From assembly GCA_003645885.1 (NCBI GenBank), contig QNCW01000002.1:1-37455 (forward strand): a stretch of DNA of 37,455 nucleotides, in the 5' to 3' direction. A program made the translations under genes and the position numbers. This stretch comes from Candidatus Latescibacterota bacterium (lineage in GTDB: Bacteria > Latescibacterota > 4484-107 > B68-G9). Positions 22,621-31,356 of the stretch are shown here, in pieces (position 1 is the first letter of the stretch; each line of letters starts with the position of its first letter). The notes beneath the pieces are model-generated. The model saw only the letters and a list, made by a program, of their open reading frames with translations, made no database searches and was not told where the DNA came from.

Positions 22621-23541
22621 ATGGAAGTTGTAAGGAGGTACGAGGGGAACCCGATACTCACACCCGAGCAGGTCCCCTACGATTGCACAGCAGTATATAA
22701 CCCTGCTGCTGTCAAGTTCGATGGTAGGTATATCCTGCTCTTCAGGGTGCAGAGGAAGGATGCAAGGAGCGTGCTCGCCCTGGCGGAGAGCGAGGACGGG
22801 ATCAGGTTCACACCGAGGGAAGGCTTCGCCATGGTCCCCTCCCAGGAGGAGCCCTTCAGGACCTACGAGGAGTACGGGATAGAGGACCCGAGGATAACGA
22901 GGATAGATGACACATATTTTATAACCTACGCCGCATATTCCAGGTTCGGATGCCTCGTGGGCATAGCTAAGACCCAGGACTTCGAGAGGTTCGAGAGGGT
23001 CTGCCTGGCCTCCGAGCCCGACAATAGGAACGCCGTGCTCTTCCCCAAGAGGTTCGGAGGGCTATATGCCAGGTTGGACAGGCCCTCGTACCCTGGGAAG
23101 CCGCCCTCGATATGGATATCCTTCTCCCCCGACCTCGTGCACTGGGGAGGGTCGAGGTGCCTGCTCATGCCGGAGGAATATAGGTGGGATTCCTTCAAGG
23201 TAGGTCCGAGCGTCCCTCCCATAGAGACCCCCGAGGGATGGCTATGCATATATCACGGCGTGTTCATGACCATGAACGGGGCGGTGTACAGACAAGGGGT
23301 CTTCATGCTCGACCTGGAAGACCCTCGCAAGGTCCTGGGAAGATACGAGGGATGGATAATGGCTCCAAAGGAGCCTTACGAGTTCATAGGGTACGTGCCG
23401 AACGTGGTCTTCTGCTGTGGAGCGGTGGAGGAGGAAGATGGGACCTTGAAGCTGTACTACGGAGCTGCGGACCAGTGCATATGCCTTGCGACCGCAAGGC
23501 TGGAAGAACTCGTGTCACTGTGCATTTCGGGAGGAAGCTGA
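22621..23541 (+). CDS. Glycoside hydrolase family 130 protein (beta-mannoside phosphorylase/hydrolase-like), 306 aa
   Basis: RYEGNPILTPEQVPYDCTAVYNPAAVKFDGRYILLFRVQ, GIEDPRITRIDDTYFITYAAYS, NRNAVLFPKRFGGLYARLDRP and LKLYYGAADQCICLA follow the GH130/PF04041 five-bladed-propeller pattern. No signal peptide. Confidence 0.85.
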   Translation: MEVVRRYEGNPILTPEQVPYDCTAVYNPAAVKFDGRYILLFRVQRKDARSVLALAESEDGIRFTPREGFAMVPSQEEPFRTYEEYGIEDPRITRIDDTYFITYAAYSRFGCLVGIAKTQDFERFERVCLASEPDNRNAVLFPKRFGGLYARLDRPSYPGKPPSIWISFSPDLVHWGGSRCLLMPEEYRWDSFKVGPSVPPIETPEGWLCIYHGVFMTMNGAVYRQGVFMLDLEDPRKVLGRYEGWIMAPKEPYEFIGYVPNVVFCCGAVEEEDGTLKLYYGAADQCICLATARLEELVSLCISGGS

Positions 23542-23542
23542 C

Positions 23543-24724
23543 ATGTCCGATGTAAGGGGCCTGGTAGAGCAGATGAGGGGCAACAGGACGAAGCTCGCCA
23601 TATTCAACACGGTAAGGCAGCTCGGCAGGACTACCGCCTTAGATGTGGAGTTCAGGATAGGATTGAGCAGGCCCACGGTGCTTAAATACTTAGAGCAGCT
23701 CGCAGATGACGGGCTCGTGATAGAACACGGCGAGGGGGAACCATCGGGGGGGAGGCCTTCGAGGGTCTTCGAGATAAGGTCGTCGGCCGCCTTCTCGGTC
23801 GGGGTGGACTTCGGAGCACCTGGGCTCACCTTCGCCCTGGTCGACGTCTCCAAGGGGGTGATAGATAAGATGGAGGTAGAGACCGACCTGGAAGAGCCCC
23901 CCTCGCTCACGGCGAAGAGGATGGAGGACGGGATAAGGCAGATAACCCTCAGGAACGAAGTGGAGTTGGAAGAGAGGGTGATAGCGGTGGCGGTAGGGGT
24001 CCCTTGTTACATAGAGAGGGAGACGGAGCTCCTCCAGCCCATACCCAGGCTCCCGCATTGGGAGAACGTGCCCCTGAAGGCCGTGCTGGAGAGGGAGCTC
24101 GAGGTCCCGGTCTACATAGAGACCGGCCCTCGGCTTATGGTGATAGGGGAAAGGGAGTTCGGAGGTGGAGGGGACGTACGGAACATGGTCTACATCCACG
24201 TAAGGGAAGGGATAGGCATGGGGGTCATAGTGGACGGGAGGGTGCTCAAGGGGTCCAAGGAGGACGTGGGGGAGATAGGGCATACGGTGGTCTGGCCTCA
24301 GGGTCCAGTCTGCATATGCGGCAGAAGGGGATGTCTTGAGGTCTTCGCCTCGGAGCCCGCCATGGTGAGGAGGATGGAGGAGATGACGGGAAGGAGGATA
24401 GGACCTCACCAGCTCTTCTCCGAGGTCAGGGATGGGGTTCCCGAGGCAAGGAAGGTAATTGAGGAGGCCATGTACTACTTAGCCATCGCCATAGTGAACG
24501 TCGTGGAGCTGTTCGACCCCGAGGTGGTCGTGGTCGGGGGTAACATCGTGCAAGGTGGGGAGTTCGTGCTCAGGACATTGAGGGAGAAGCTCGAAGGGAT
24601 GAAGCTGGACCACAGGGGCGTGGAGGTCAGGTTTTCGAGCTTAGGTGTCTACGCAGGAGCGTTGGGTGCTGCGAGCTTTGCGATGGAGTCGGCCTTCAAT
24701 CCCTTCCCCGAGGCCAGTGCGTAA
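23543..24724 (+). CDS. ROK-family transcriptional regulator (NagC/Mlc/XylR-like), 393 aa
   Basis: ATG at 23543, 1 nt after the GH130 stop. N-terminal winged-HTH NRTKLAIFNTVRQLGRTTALDVEFRIGLSRPTVLKYLEQLADDGLV. ROK glycine-rich core VGVDFGAPG. Zinc motif GHTVV....CICGRRGCLE. Confidence 0.88.
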   Translation: MSDVRGLVEQMRGNRTKLAIFNTVRQLGRTTALDVEFRIGLSRPTVLKYLEQLADDGLVIEHGEGEPSGGRPSRVFEIRSSAAFSVGVDFGAPGLTFALVDVSKGVIDKMEVETDLEEPPSLTAKRMEDGIRQITLRNEVELEERVIAVAVGVPCYIERETELLQPIPRLPHWENVPLKAVLERELEVPVYIETGPRLMVIGEREFGGGGDVRNMVYIHVREGIGMGVIVDGRVLKGSKEDVGEIGHTVVWPQGPVCICGRRGCLEVFASEPAMVRRMEEMTGRRIGPHQLFSEVRDGVPEARKVIEEAMYYLAIAIVNVVELFDPEVVVVGGNIVQGGEFVLRTLREKLEGMKLDHRGVEVRFSSLGVYAGALGAASFAMESAFNPFPEASA

Positions 24725-24731
24725 GGAAACT

Positions 24732-27443
24732 TTGATCGGCTTCCTGTTCCTGTTCTTCACCTCCGGAGCATGTGGCCTCATATACGAGGTCGCATGGCAG
24801 AGGATGCTCTGCTTGGTCTTCGGCAACTCGACGTTCGCCACCTCCACTGTGCTTGCCGCCTTCATGGGCGGTATGGCTTTGGGGAGCTTCGCCTTAGGCA
24901 AGTTATCCGAGAAAGCGAGGAACCCGGCCAGGCTCTTTGCTTACTTGGAGATGGGAATTGGCATCTGGGCCCTCGCCATGCCTTCGCTGCTCGCCTCGGC
25001 ATCGTCGTTCCACTCCGCCCTGTACAGGAGCTTGGTGTCGCACTACTTCCTCCTCAACATATCGAGGTTCGCCGTGTGCTTCTTGATCCTGGCGGTGCCG
25101 ACGGCCCTCATGGGGGGGACGCTTCCTGCCCTCGCCAGGGCACTGACAGGCGGAGAGGTCGGGAGGAGCGTCGGGCTGCTCTACGGACTGAACACCCTCG
25201 GGGCCTTCCTGGGCTGCGTCCTCGCCGGGTTTCTCCTCATGCCCTCCATCGGCACCGAGGCCACGATAACCTTGGCCGCATCTTTCAGCCTGGCGGTCGG
25301 TCTGGCGTCGTTATTCATGTCGAGGGGATGCTCGGTCGCAAGGGTGGAAGTGGAACCAGGAAGGGGGAGGACCCTGGCCCTGGTAGCCTACGCTGTTTCC
25401 GGGTTCTGTGCCCTATCTTACGAGGTCCTCTGGACGAGGGCCCTGGTCTTCTTCTTCGGAAGCACGACCTACGCCTTCACTACCATGTTGGCATGCTTCC
25501 TATTGGGTCTTGCCCTTGGAAGCTACTTCTTCTCGAGGTGTTCCAAAGATGCCCTGGTCCTCCTCGGGGTGGTGGAGGTCGTCGTGGGAGGCTCGGCAGC
25601 GCTTTCCATCGTCATCTTTCCCGTGCTACAGGACGTCGTAACCAGGCTGAAGGATGTGCTCGGAGGAGGGTGGGCTGCGTTCAGCATGGCGAGGTTCTCG
25701 GCCGGACTCCTCGTGATGTTCGTCCCTACCTTCGCCATGGGGGCTGCCTTTCCCCTGGCGAGCAGCATATATTCCTCGGGTAGGGTGGGGGCGGAGGTAG
25801 GGACAATATACGGTGCCAATACATTAGCATGCATACTTGGGGCCGTGGGGACGGGCTTCGTGCTCTTACCTCGCCTGGGCGTCACGGACTCGATCCTCCT
25901 GATCTCCTCTGTGAACCTTGCCTTAGGCGCTGTCCTGCTCCAGAGGACCAGGTTGGGGTATCTGGGTCCGCTCGCCCCCGCCCTGCTTGCCTGCGTCGGC
26001 TGGCTGTCCTTCAGGCATGCAGGTCCTCCTGCCGTCCACAGCGGGGTGCTCAGGCGAGGTAGGGTCCTATATTACAGGGAGCATGCCGCAGGGACCGTGA
26101 CGGTGAGGGCCGTCCCTCCATCCCCCTACGACCTAACCCCTCCAAAGTTGTTGGAGGTGGACGGCCTCAACGTTGCAGGGACGAGCCTTGAGCTGATCAC
26201 GACCCAGAAGCTTCAGGGCCACCTCCCCATTTTGATATACGCCTCCTTGAACCAAAAATTACCCGAGAATGTCTTCGTGGTGGCGTTCGGGAGCGGCGCA
26301 TCGACGTACGAGACCTCGCTCTACGATGTAAAGAGCATAACGGGCGTGGAAATAAACCCTGCTGTCGTCGAGGCTTCCAGGTTCTTCAGGGAGATAAACG
26401 GGGGCATAATCGAGGACCCGAGGTACAGGCTGTTCCTGGAGGACGCCAGAACTTTTCTGTCGAGCTTCGAGGGGACCTACGATGTGATAGAGAGCGAGTC
26501 CACCCATCCCAGGATAAACTGCGACCTTTATACCTTGGAGTTCTTCTCGACCTGCAGGAGCAGGCTCTCCGAGGGGGGGGTCTTCTCGTGCTGGGTCCCA
26601 CTCTATTCCTTGAACGAGGAGGAGGTCAAGCAGATATTGAGGACCTTCCTGTCCTGCTTCGAGGATGCGAGCCTATGGTACTTCCCGAACTGCCGGAACA
26701 AGCACTTGCTTCTCGTAGGAACGACGAGGAAGCTGAACATGGACCCGAAGCCGATCCTAAAGGCTCTCTCGGACCCCGAGGTGGCTCGGAGCTTAGGGGA
26801 GATAGGCATAGAGGATTTCGAGGACATCTCAGCATGCTTCGTGGCAGGTGGAAGGCGGCTGAGGGAATACTGCGGGGGGGGGAAGCTCATAACGGCCGAT
26901 AGGCCCAGCCTTGCGTACGCAAGGAGCATGGAATACATGGACCCAGAAAGGATAAGGGAGCTCAACCTCATCAGGGAGGGGACGGGGGAGGTACACGAAG
27001 CTGTTCGCCGCCTCACCGAGGCGGTGGCCCTTTCGTTCGAGGGGAGATGGGAGGAGGCCATAGTAGAGGTCGAGGAAGCAATGAGGGCCTGGAGGAGGCC
27101 ATGGATGGAGAGGTTCAGGGACATGTGCAGGAGCGTCCTGCTTACCGAATCGGGGCTTAGGAACATAGAGGAAAGAAATTACATGCTCGCCCTCAGGTGC
27201 TTCCAGGAGGCCCTGGGCATTTTCCCTTCTCCTTTGAACCATAACAACATAGGAGCATGCTACGTCCGCCTTAAGCGCTACGATAGGGCGATATCCCACC
27301 TGAAGGCGGCGATAAAGGGGTGGCCAGGATGTGCCCAGGCCCACTTCAACCTGGCCCTCGCCTATGCTGCGAAGGGCATGAAGAGGCTGGCTGCCTTCGA
27401 GATGAGGAAGGCGCTCAGGCTGGACCCGGACGTCGGGAAGTAG
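24732..27443 (+). CDS. Polytopic membrane protein fused to a spermidine-synthase-like (class I MTase fold) domain and a C-terminal TPR region (about 900 aa)
   Basis: Start is either TTG 24732 (AAGGA upstream) or GTG 24717; the ORF-track start at 24645 overlaps the ROK gene. The N-terminal ~450 aa has many hydrophobic helices (FLFLFFTSGACGLIYEVAWQRML..., as in the fused MFS/spermidine synthase proteins). The middle VFVVAFGSGASTYE...VEINPAVVEASRFF...DPRYRLFLEDARTFL...YDVIESESTHP is SpeE-like. The tail NNIGACYVRLKRYDRAISHLKAAIKGWPGCAQAHFNLALAYAAKG is TPR. Confidence 0.75.
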   Translation: MIGFLFLFFTSGACGLIYEVAWQRMLCLVFGNSTFATSTVLAAFMGGMALGSFALGKLSEKARNPARLFAYLEMGIGIWALAMPSLLASASSFHSALYRSLVSHYFLLNISRFAVCFLILAVPTALMGGTLPALARALTGGEVGRSVGLLYGLNTLGAFLGCVLAGFLLMPSIGTEATITLAASFSLAVGLASLFMSRGCSVARVEVEPGRGRTLALVAYAVSGFCALSYEVLWTRALVFFFGSTTYAFTTMLACFLLGLALGSYFFSRCSKDALVLLGVVEVVVGGSAALSIVIFPVLQDVVTRLKDVLGGGWAAFSMARFSAGLLVMFVPTFAMGAAFPLASSIYSSGRVGAEVGTIYGANTLACILGAVGTGFVLLPRLGVTDSILLISSVNLALGAVLLQRTRLGYLGPLAPALLACVGWLSFRHAGPPAVHSGVLRRGRVLYYREHAAGTVTVRAVPPSPYDLTPPKLLEVDGLNVAGTSLELITTQKLQGHLPILIYASLNQKLPENVFVVAFGSGASTYETSLYDVKSITGVEINPAVVEASRFFREINGGIIEDPRYRLFLEDARTFLSSFEGTYDVIESESTHPRINCDLYTLEFFSTCRSRLSEGGVFSCWVPLYSLNEEEVKQILRTFLSCFEDASLWYFPNCRNKHLLLVGTTRKLNMDPKPILKALSDPEVARSLGEIGIEDFEDISACFVAGGRRLREYCGGGKLITADRPSLAYARSMEYMDPERIRELNLIREGTGEVHEAVRRLTEAVALSFEGRWEEAIVEVEEAMRAWRRPWMERFRDMCRSVLLTESGLRNIEERNYMLALRCFQEALGIFPSPLNHNNIGACYVRLKRYDRAISHLKAAIKGWPGCAQAHFNLALAYAAKGMKRLAAFEMRKALRLDPDVGK

Positions 27444-27566
27444 ACGAGCTGGAGGCGATAGGTTGCCTTTATGCCGGGGCTTTGGTGGCCGCTGGAGAGG
27501 TCTTTGGATCAGCCCCAATTTGGGGGCTCCTGAGGCCCTCGGCTGTTTAGGCCGGAATAGAGAACT

Positions 27567-28040
27567 ATGGTCCACAGGCTGAGGCTTAGACCCTACCATC
27601 CGCCTTATATCCTGGCGTATCTGGGTTCGAAGGCCGACATGAGGCCAGCGATGCGATATGCTGTAGAAAAGGTCAGGGAAGGGGGGCCTGGGCTGGAGGT
27701 GGAGCTGGTGGAAGGGTTCGACGACATCTGTATGCGCTGTGAGAAGCTCGAGAAACGCCCTTCAGGTTCGGTGTGGGGTGAGGGATATAGCTGCCCTACG
27801 GCCGAGGACCCTGACATGGTAAGGAGCATAGCCGATGAGAACGAGGCGATCCTGAAGGCCATCGGGCTCAAGTTTGGGGATGTGCTCAGGGCGCGCGAGC
27901 TTTTCCCGCTCTTTGCTGATAAGCTACCCGAGCTTAAGAGCTATCCTCAGTGCGGTAAGGACTTCATACAGGAGAACTATCTGAAGGGCATGGAGCTTCT
28001 TCTAAGGCTCTGGGATAGAGAGGAGGGACGATGGCCGTAG
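27567..28040 (+). CDS. Small Cys-containing cytoplasmic protein, possibly DUF1284-like (157 aa)
   Basis: ORF with the local codon habit. LRPYHPPYILAYL... and DDICMRCEKL...YSCP...YPQCGKD cysteine pattern. The family call rests on weak recollection only. First gene after a 123-nt spacer. Confidence 0.5.
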   Translation: MVHRLRLRPYHPPYILAYLGSKADMRPAMRYAVEKVREGGPGLEVELVEGFDDICMRCEKLEKRPSGSVWGEGYSCPTAEDPDMVRSIADENEAILKAIGLKFGDVLRARELFPLFADKLPELKSYPQCGKDFIQENYLKGMELLLRLWDREEGRWP

Positions 28041-30460
28041 GTTGCCTTACAGGAAACGGGAAGGGAAGGCCGGTCGAGGGAAGTTACAGGTTGTTGAGGA
28101 GGGGGACGGACAAGGAGCTTCCCCCCGACCTCGAGGGGGAGGAGAGGGGGAGGATAAGCTTCGGGGAGGGGATACTGACGGACGGCGACACCTCGACCTC
28201 CCTCGGATGGAAGGGAACGACCCTGGGGGAGGTCGGCTTGGACTTGGCGATCGAGCTGGGAGGGAAGTACTTCCTCGATAGGGTGGTTTTGAAAGGCGCT
28301 TCCGGGATAGGCCTGGTGGAGGTGTACGCAGGGGGGCTTCCTGCAGGCAGGGTCGGAGATGAGGAGGGGCCGGACTTAGGCGAAAGGATAGATGTGGATC
28401 TGGGGGTGGAGGCGGACGAGATCGTGGTCCACGTCCGCTCCTTCAACAGGGATGTGAAGCTGGGGGAGGTGGAGGTATGGGGTGCGAGCCCACGTGAGCC
28501 CCTTCTCTTCCCCGTGCCCAGGAAGGTGGAGGTCGAGGAGGGGCCCCCTCCCGAGGTATGCGAGGTGGTGGCCGGGGACGACGAAGAAGCGAGGTTCGCC
28601 GCAGAGCTGCTCGCTCGAAGGCTCGAGGAGGAGTTCGGAAGGAGGCCCAAGATAGTCGGTAAGGCCGGTGGGGAGGGTTGCCTGGTCGTGTCCAAGGACC
28701 AGGCCATACCGAAGGAGGGTTACAGGATAGAGTTGGGAGGAAGGAGCCTGCTTGCCGCATCCGACAAGAGGGGGTTGGTATACGGTGCCGAAACCCTGGT
28801 CCAGCTCTTGAGGTCTGGGGTCAGGTGTCGTGTGGAGGACGGACCCGGAATGGAGCTCAGGGGAGTGCACCTCTACATGCCGGCCAGGAAGGATTTGGAC
28901 TTCTTCAAGCGCCTTGTGAGGTACCTTATAGTTCCTATGAAGTTCAACACCATATTCATTCAAGTGACGGCAGGGATGGAGTTCGAGAGGAGGCCGGAGA
29001 TAAACAGGGCATGGGAGGAGGCCAACAGGAGGGCTGCCGAGGGGAAGGCACCACCCGTGCCCCACGGGGAACTGGGGGGAGGTAGCTACATAACCAAGGA
29101 AGAGGTCAGGGAGATAGTTGAGTATGCGAAGGGTTACGGATTGGAGGTGATACCCGAGGTCCAGTCCCTGAGCCATGTCACATATCTGACCCTCGCCTAC
29201 CCCGAGATAGCCGAGGACAGGCCGGAGGAGTCGGTGGTGTCTCCTTATTCCCACTGTTACTGTCCGCTCCATCCGGAAAGCAGGAGGATAGTGTTCGACA
29301 TGGTGGACGAGGTTGTGGAGGTGTTCGAGCCCAGGTACGTCCACATGGGCCACGACGAGGTGTACCACCTCGGCATATGTCCGAGGTGCAGGGGGAAAAG
29401 CAGGGCCGAGCTTTACGCAAAGGACGTGAACGAGATATACTCTTACCTCAAGGGGAAGGGACTTGGGATGATGATATGGGCGGACATGCTCCAGGCCTTC
29501 AGGCCTTACAGCTGCCCCGAGGCCTCGGACCTCATACCCAAGGACATAATACTGCTGGACTTCGTTTGGTACTTCAACATGGACGAGGACATAGAAGATG
29601 TGCTCCTTGAAAAGGGGTTCAAGGTGATAATGGGGAACTTCTACTCCTCCCACTACCCGAGGTTCCCCTCCAGGAGGAGGAAGGTGGTGGGGGCGGAGGT
29701 CTCCACGTGGTGCGGATGCGACGAGAGGAGCCTCGGGATGAAGGGGAAGATATACGACTTCGTGTATTCGGCTAACATGATGTGGTGGGAGGGGTACAGG
29801 GACGAACTCAGGTGGACGATGACCAGGAAGGTGTCGGAGATCATGCCCCACATAAGGTCCGGGCTCGGGGGGAGGGAGGACGAGGTCAAGGAATGGTTGC
29901 CCATAAAGCTCGAGGGGAACTCCCCCATGAGGGGGAAGGAGTTCGACCTTTCGTGCGTCCCCAGGGGGAGGGTCGAGATGAGGGGGGTTCCGTTCGAGAT
30001 AGGCGACAAGCTCGTGGCCGTCGAGGGGGGAAGGAAGAGGTGGAGGGTGTATCCCCAGAGGGAGGAGGTCGAGGTAGGGCTCGAGCTGGACGGAATAGTG
30101 TTCCTGCACGCATGCTCCAGGAACTGCTTCAGAGGGGAGGTGCTCGGGCTTTACAGGATGAACTACGAGGACGGCTCGGAGGAGGAGGAGATCGTATACG
30201 GCTGGAACATCCTCGAGTGGGACAGGAGGTACGCAAGGCCGATGTCCCACGTGCTCCACAGGCATTCCGGGTACATAGGCACGTACCCAGCGGACCCGAT
30301 GTGGCAGGGTAAGGACATGGAAGGAAGGGATGTGACCCTCTACGGTTACACGTGGAGGAACCCTCATCCGGAAAGGAAGGTGGTCTCCGTAACCTTGGAG
30401 GCTTCGGACTCCACCGACTCGGCCGTAATCCTTCTGGCCCTGACGGGGAGGAGGTCTTGA
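28031..30460 (+). CDS. GH20-like beta-N-acetylhexosaminidase-type glycosidase with an N-terminal galactose-binding/discoidin-like domain (809 aa), no signal peptide
   Basis: ATG preceded by GAGGAGGGA, overlapping the previous gene by 10 nt. LRGVHLYMPARKDLDFFKRLVRYLIVPMKFNTIFIQV, EVREIVEYAKGYGLEVIPEVQSLSHVTYLTLAYPEI and YVHMGHDEV (adjacent Asp-Glu) parallel the GH20 TIM-barrel motifs (...MLD..R.F......K.N..H.H..D, VIPEID.PGH, H.GGDE). Confidence 0.6.
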   Translation: MAVGCLTGNGKGRPVEGSYRLLRRGTDKELPPDLEGEERGRISFGEGILTDGDTSTSLGWKGTTLGEVGLDLAIELGGKYFLDRVVLKGASGIGLVEVYAGGLPAGRVGDEEGPDLGERIDVDLGVEADEIVVHVRSFNRDVKLGEVEVWGASPREPLLFPVPRKVEVEEGPPPEVCEVVAGDDEEARFAAELLARRLEEEFGRRPKIVGKAGGEGCLVVSKDQAIPKEGYRIELGGRSLLAASDKRGLVYGAETLVQLLRSGVRCRVEDGPGMELRGVHLYMPARKDLDFFKRLVRYLIVPMKFNTIFIQVTAGMEFERRPEINRAWEEANRRAAEGKAPPVPHGELGGGSYITKEEVREIVEYAKGYGLEVIPEVQSLSHVTYLTLAYPEIAEDRPEESVVSPYSHCYCPLHPESRRIVFDMVDEVVEVFEPRYVHMGHDEVYHLGICPRCRGKSRAELYAKDVNEIYSYLKGKGLGMMIWADMLQAFRPYSCPEASDLIPKDIILLDFVWYFNMDEDIEDVLLEKGFKVIMGNFYSSHYPRFPSRRRKVVGAEVSTWCGCDERSLGMKGKIYDFVYSANMMWWEGYRDELRWTMTRKVSEIMPHIRSGLGGREDEVKEWLPIKLEGNSPMRGKEFDLSCVPRGRVEMRGVPFEIGDKLVAVEGGRKRWRVYPQREEVEVGLELDGIVFLHACSRNCFRGEVLGLYRMNYEDGSEEEEIVYGWNILEWDRRYARPMSHVLHRHSGYIGTYPADPMWQGKDMEGRDVTLYGYTWRNPHPERKVVSVTLEASDSTDSAVILLALTGRRS

Positions 30461-31356
30461 TGCCCACATACGTCAGCTTCTACTTGGACGACGTGGCCCC
30501 CTACGTCGCATCCGGGGGGGAGCTCTTGCCCGTGGACGCCTCGGCCCTGGTCGACGTCCTGGAGTACATAAGGCAGGAAGGCATCCGTGGAGCCATATCC
30601 GTGATACCAGGGATGTACACCTTGCTTTTGAGGCCCAAAAACTCCCACGAAAGGAGGTTCGCGGAGGTCGTGGCTCGGCTCGGGGAGTACCCGGTGGACC
30701 CACATATGGAGATAATGACCCACCAAAACTTGTTCGACTTCTCGAGGATGGAGCAGACCGATGGACCGTCGGAGGCCGAGTGGCTGGACGACCCCGAGGT
30801 CGGGGTGGAGGAGTACAAGAGATACTTCCTCGATACGATAATTGCGGGAAGGGAGCTGGGTGTGAGGTACACCGGCCTTTCCACCCCGGGGACACATCCG
30901 GATATGAACCCCAAAGTCTGGGAGGCCCTCCTAAGGCTTGCGGAGGAGGGGGAGTTTCCGAACAGTGCGGTGCCCGTGTTTGCCACCATAGAGGAGGGCG
31001 ACGTCCCCATGGAGCCCAGGGTCAGGGCTCGGAGGGATAAGTTCGTCGTCCTCGACATGCCGTCCGGCGTCTGGGACTACCTCGCATCCTGGAGGAACTC
31101 CCCTGATTGGGTGAACGTGGACCACTACGTGGACGGGGAGGGGGGAGGACATCTGGCCTCCCTGATAAAGGCTGGGTCCTTCATGGCCATCTTCCACATG
31201 CACTGGCAGGGTCTGAACCCCCAGACCGGCCTGGGATGGAAGCCATTTCAGGAGATGATAGGGAGGCTGAAGTCTATGTTCGGAGGGATGATAGAATGGA
31301 AGAGGCCGAGCGAGATAGCTTTAGAGTTCGCAAAAGGAGGTGGGCCATCGTGGTGA
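30460..31356 (+). CDS. Hypothetical cytoplasmic protein (298 aa); possibly a divergent deacetylase-type (beta/alpha)-barrel
   Basis: TGATG overlap with the GH20-like gene (ATG at 30460; the ORF-track start at 30352 is inside the previous CDS). N-terminal YVSFYLDDVAP faintly recalls the NodB TFDD motif. The functional guess is weak. Confidence 0.6.
   Translation: MPTYVSFYLDDVAPYVASGGELLPVDASALVDVLEYIRQEGIRGAISVIPGMYTLLLRPKNSHERRFAEVVARLGEYPVDPHMEIMTHQNLFDFSRMEQTDGPSEAEWLDDPEVGVEEYKRYFLDTIIAGRELGVRYTGLSTPGTHPDMNPKVWEALLRLAEEGEFPNSAVPVFATIEEGDVPMEPRVRARRDKFVVLDMPSGVWDYLASWRNSPDWVNVDHYVDGEGGGHLASLIKAGSFMAIFHMHWQGLNPQTGLGWKPFQEMIGRLKSMFGGMIEWKRPSEIALEFAKGGGPSW

Noticed and set aside
27511-27528. 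Small hairpin AGCCCC-AATTTG-GGGGCT in the 123-nt spacer as a terminator
   Set aside because: It has only a 6-bp stem and no downstream T-run, so it is too weak to call.
27623-27633. tRNA T-arm-like string GGGTTCGAAGG
   Set aside because: It lies inside a CDS (LAYLGSKAD), has no flanking acceptor or anticodon stems, and differs from the GGTTCGAATCC consensus context.
28376-30469. 697-aa ORF on the minus strand
   Set aside because: It is a shadow of the GH20-like CDS, with the same Pro/Val/His/Leu-rich composition and no recognisable domain.
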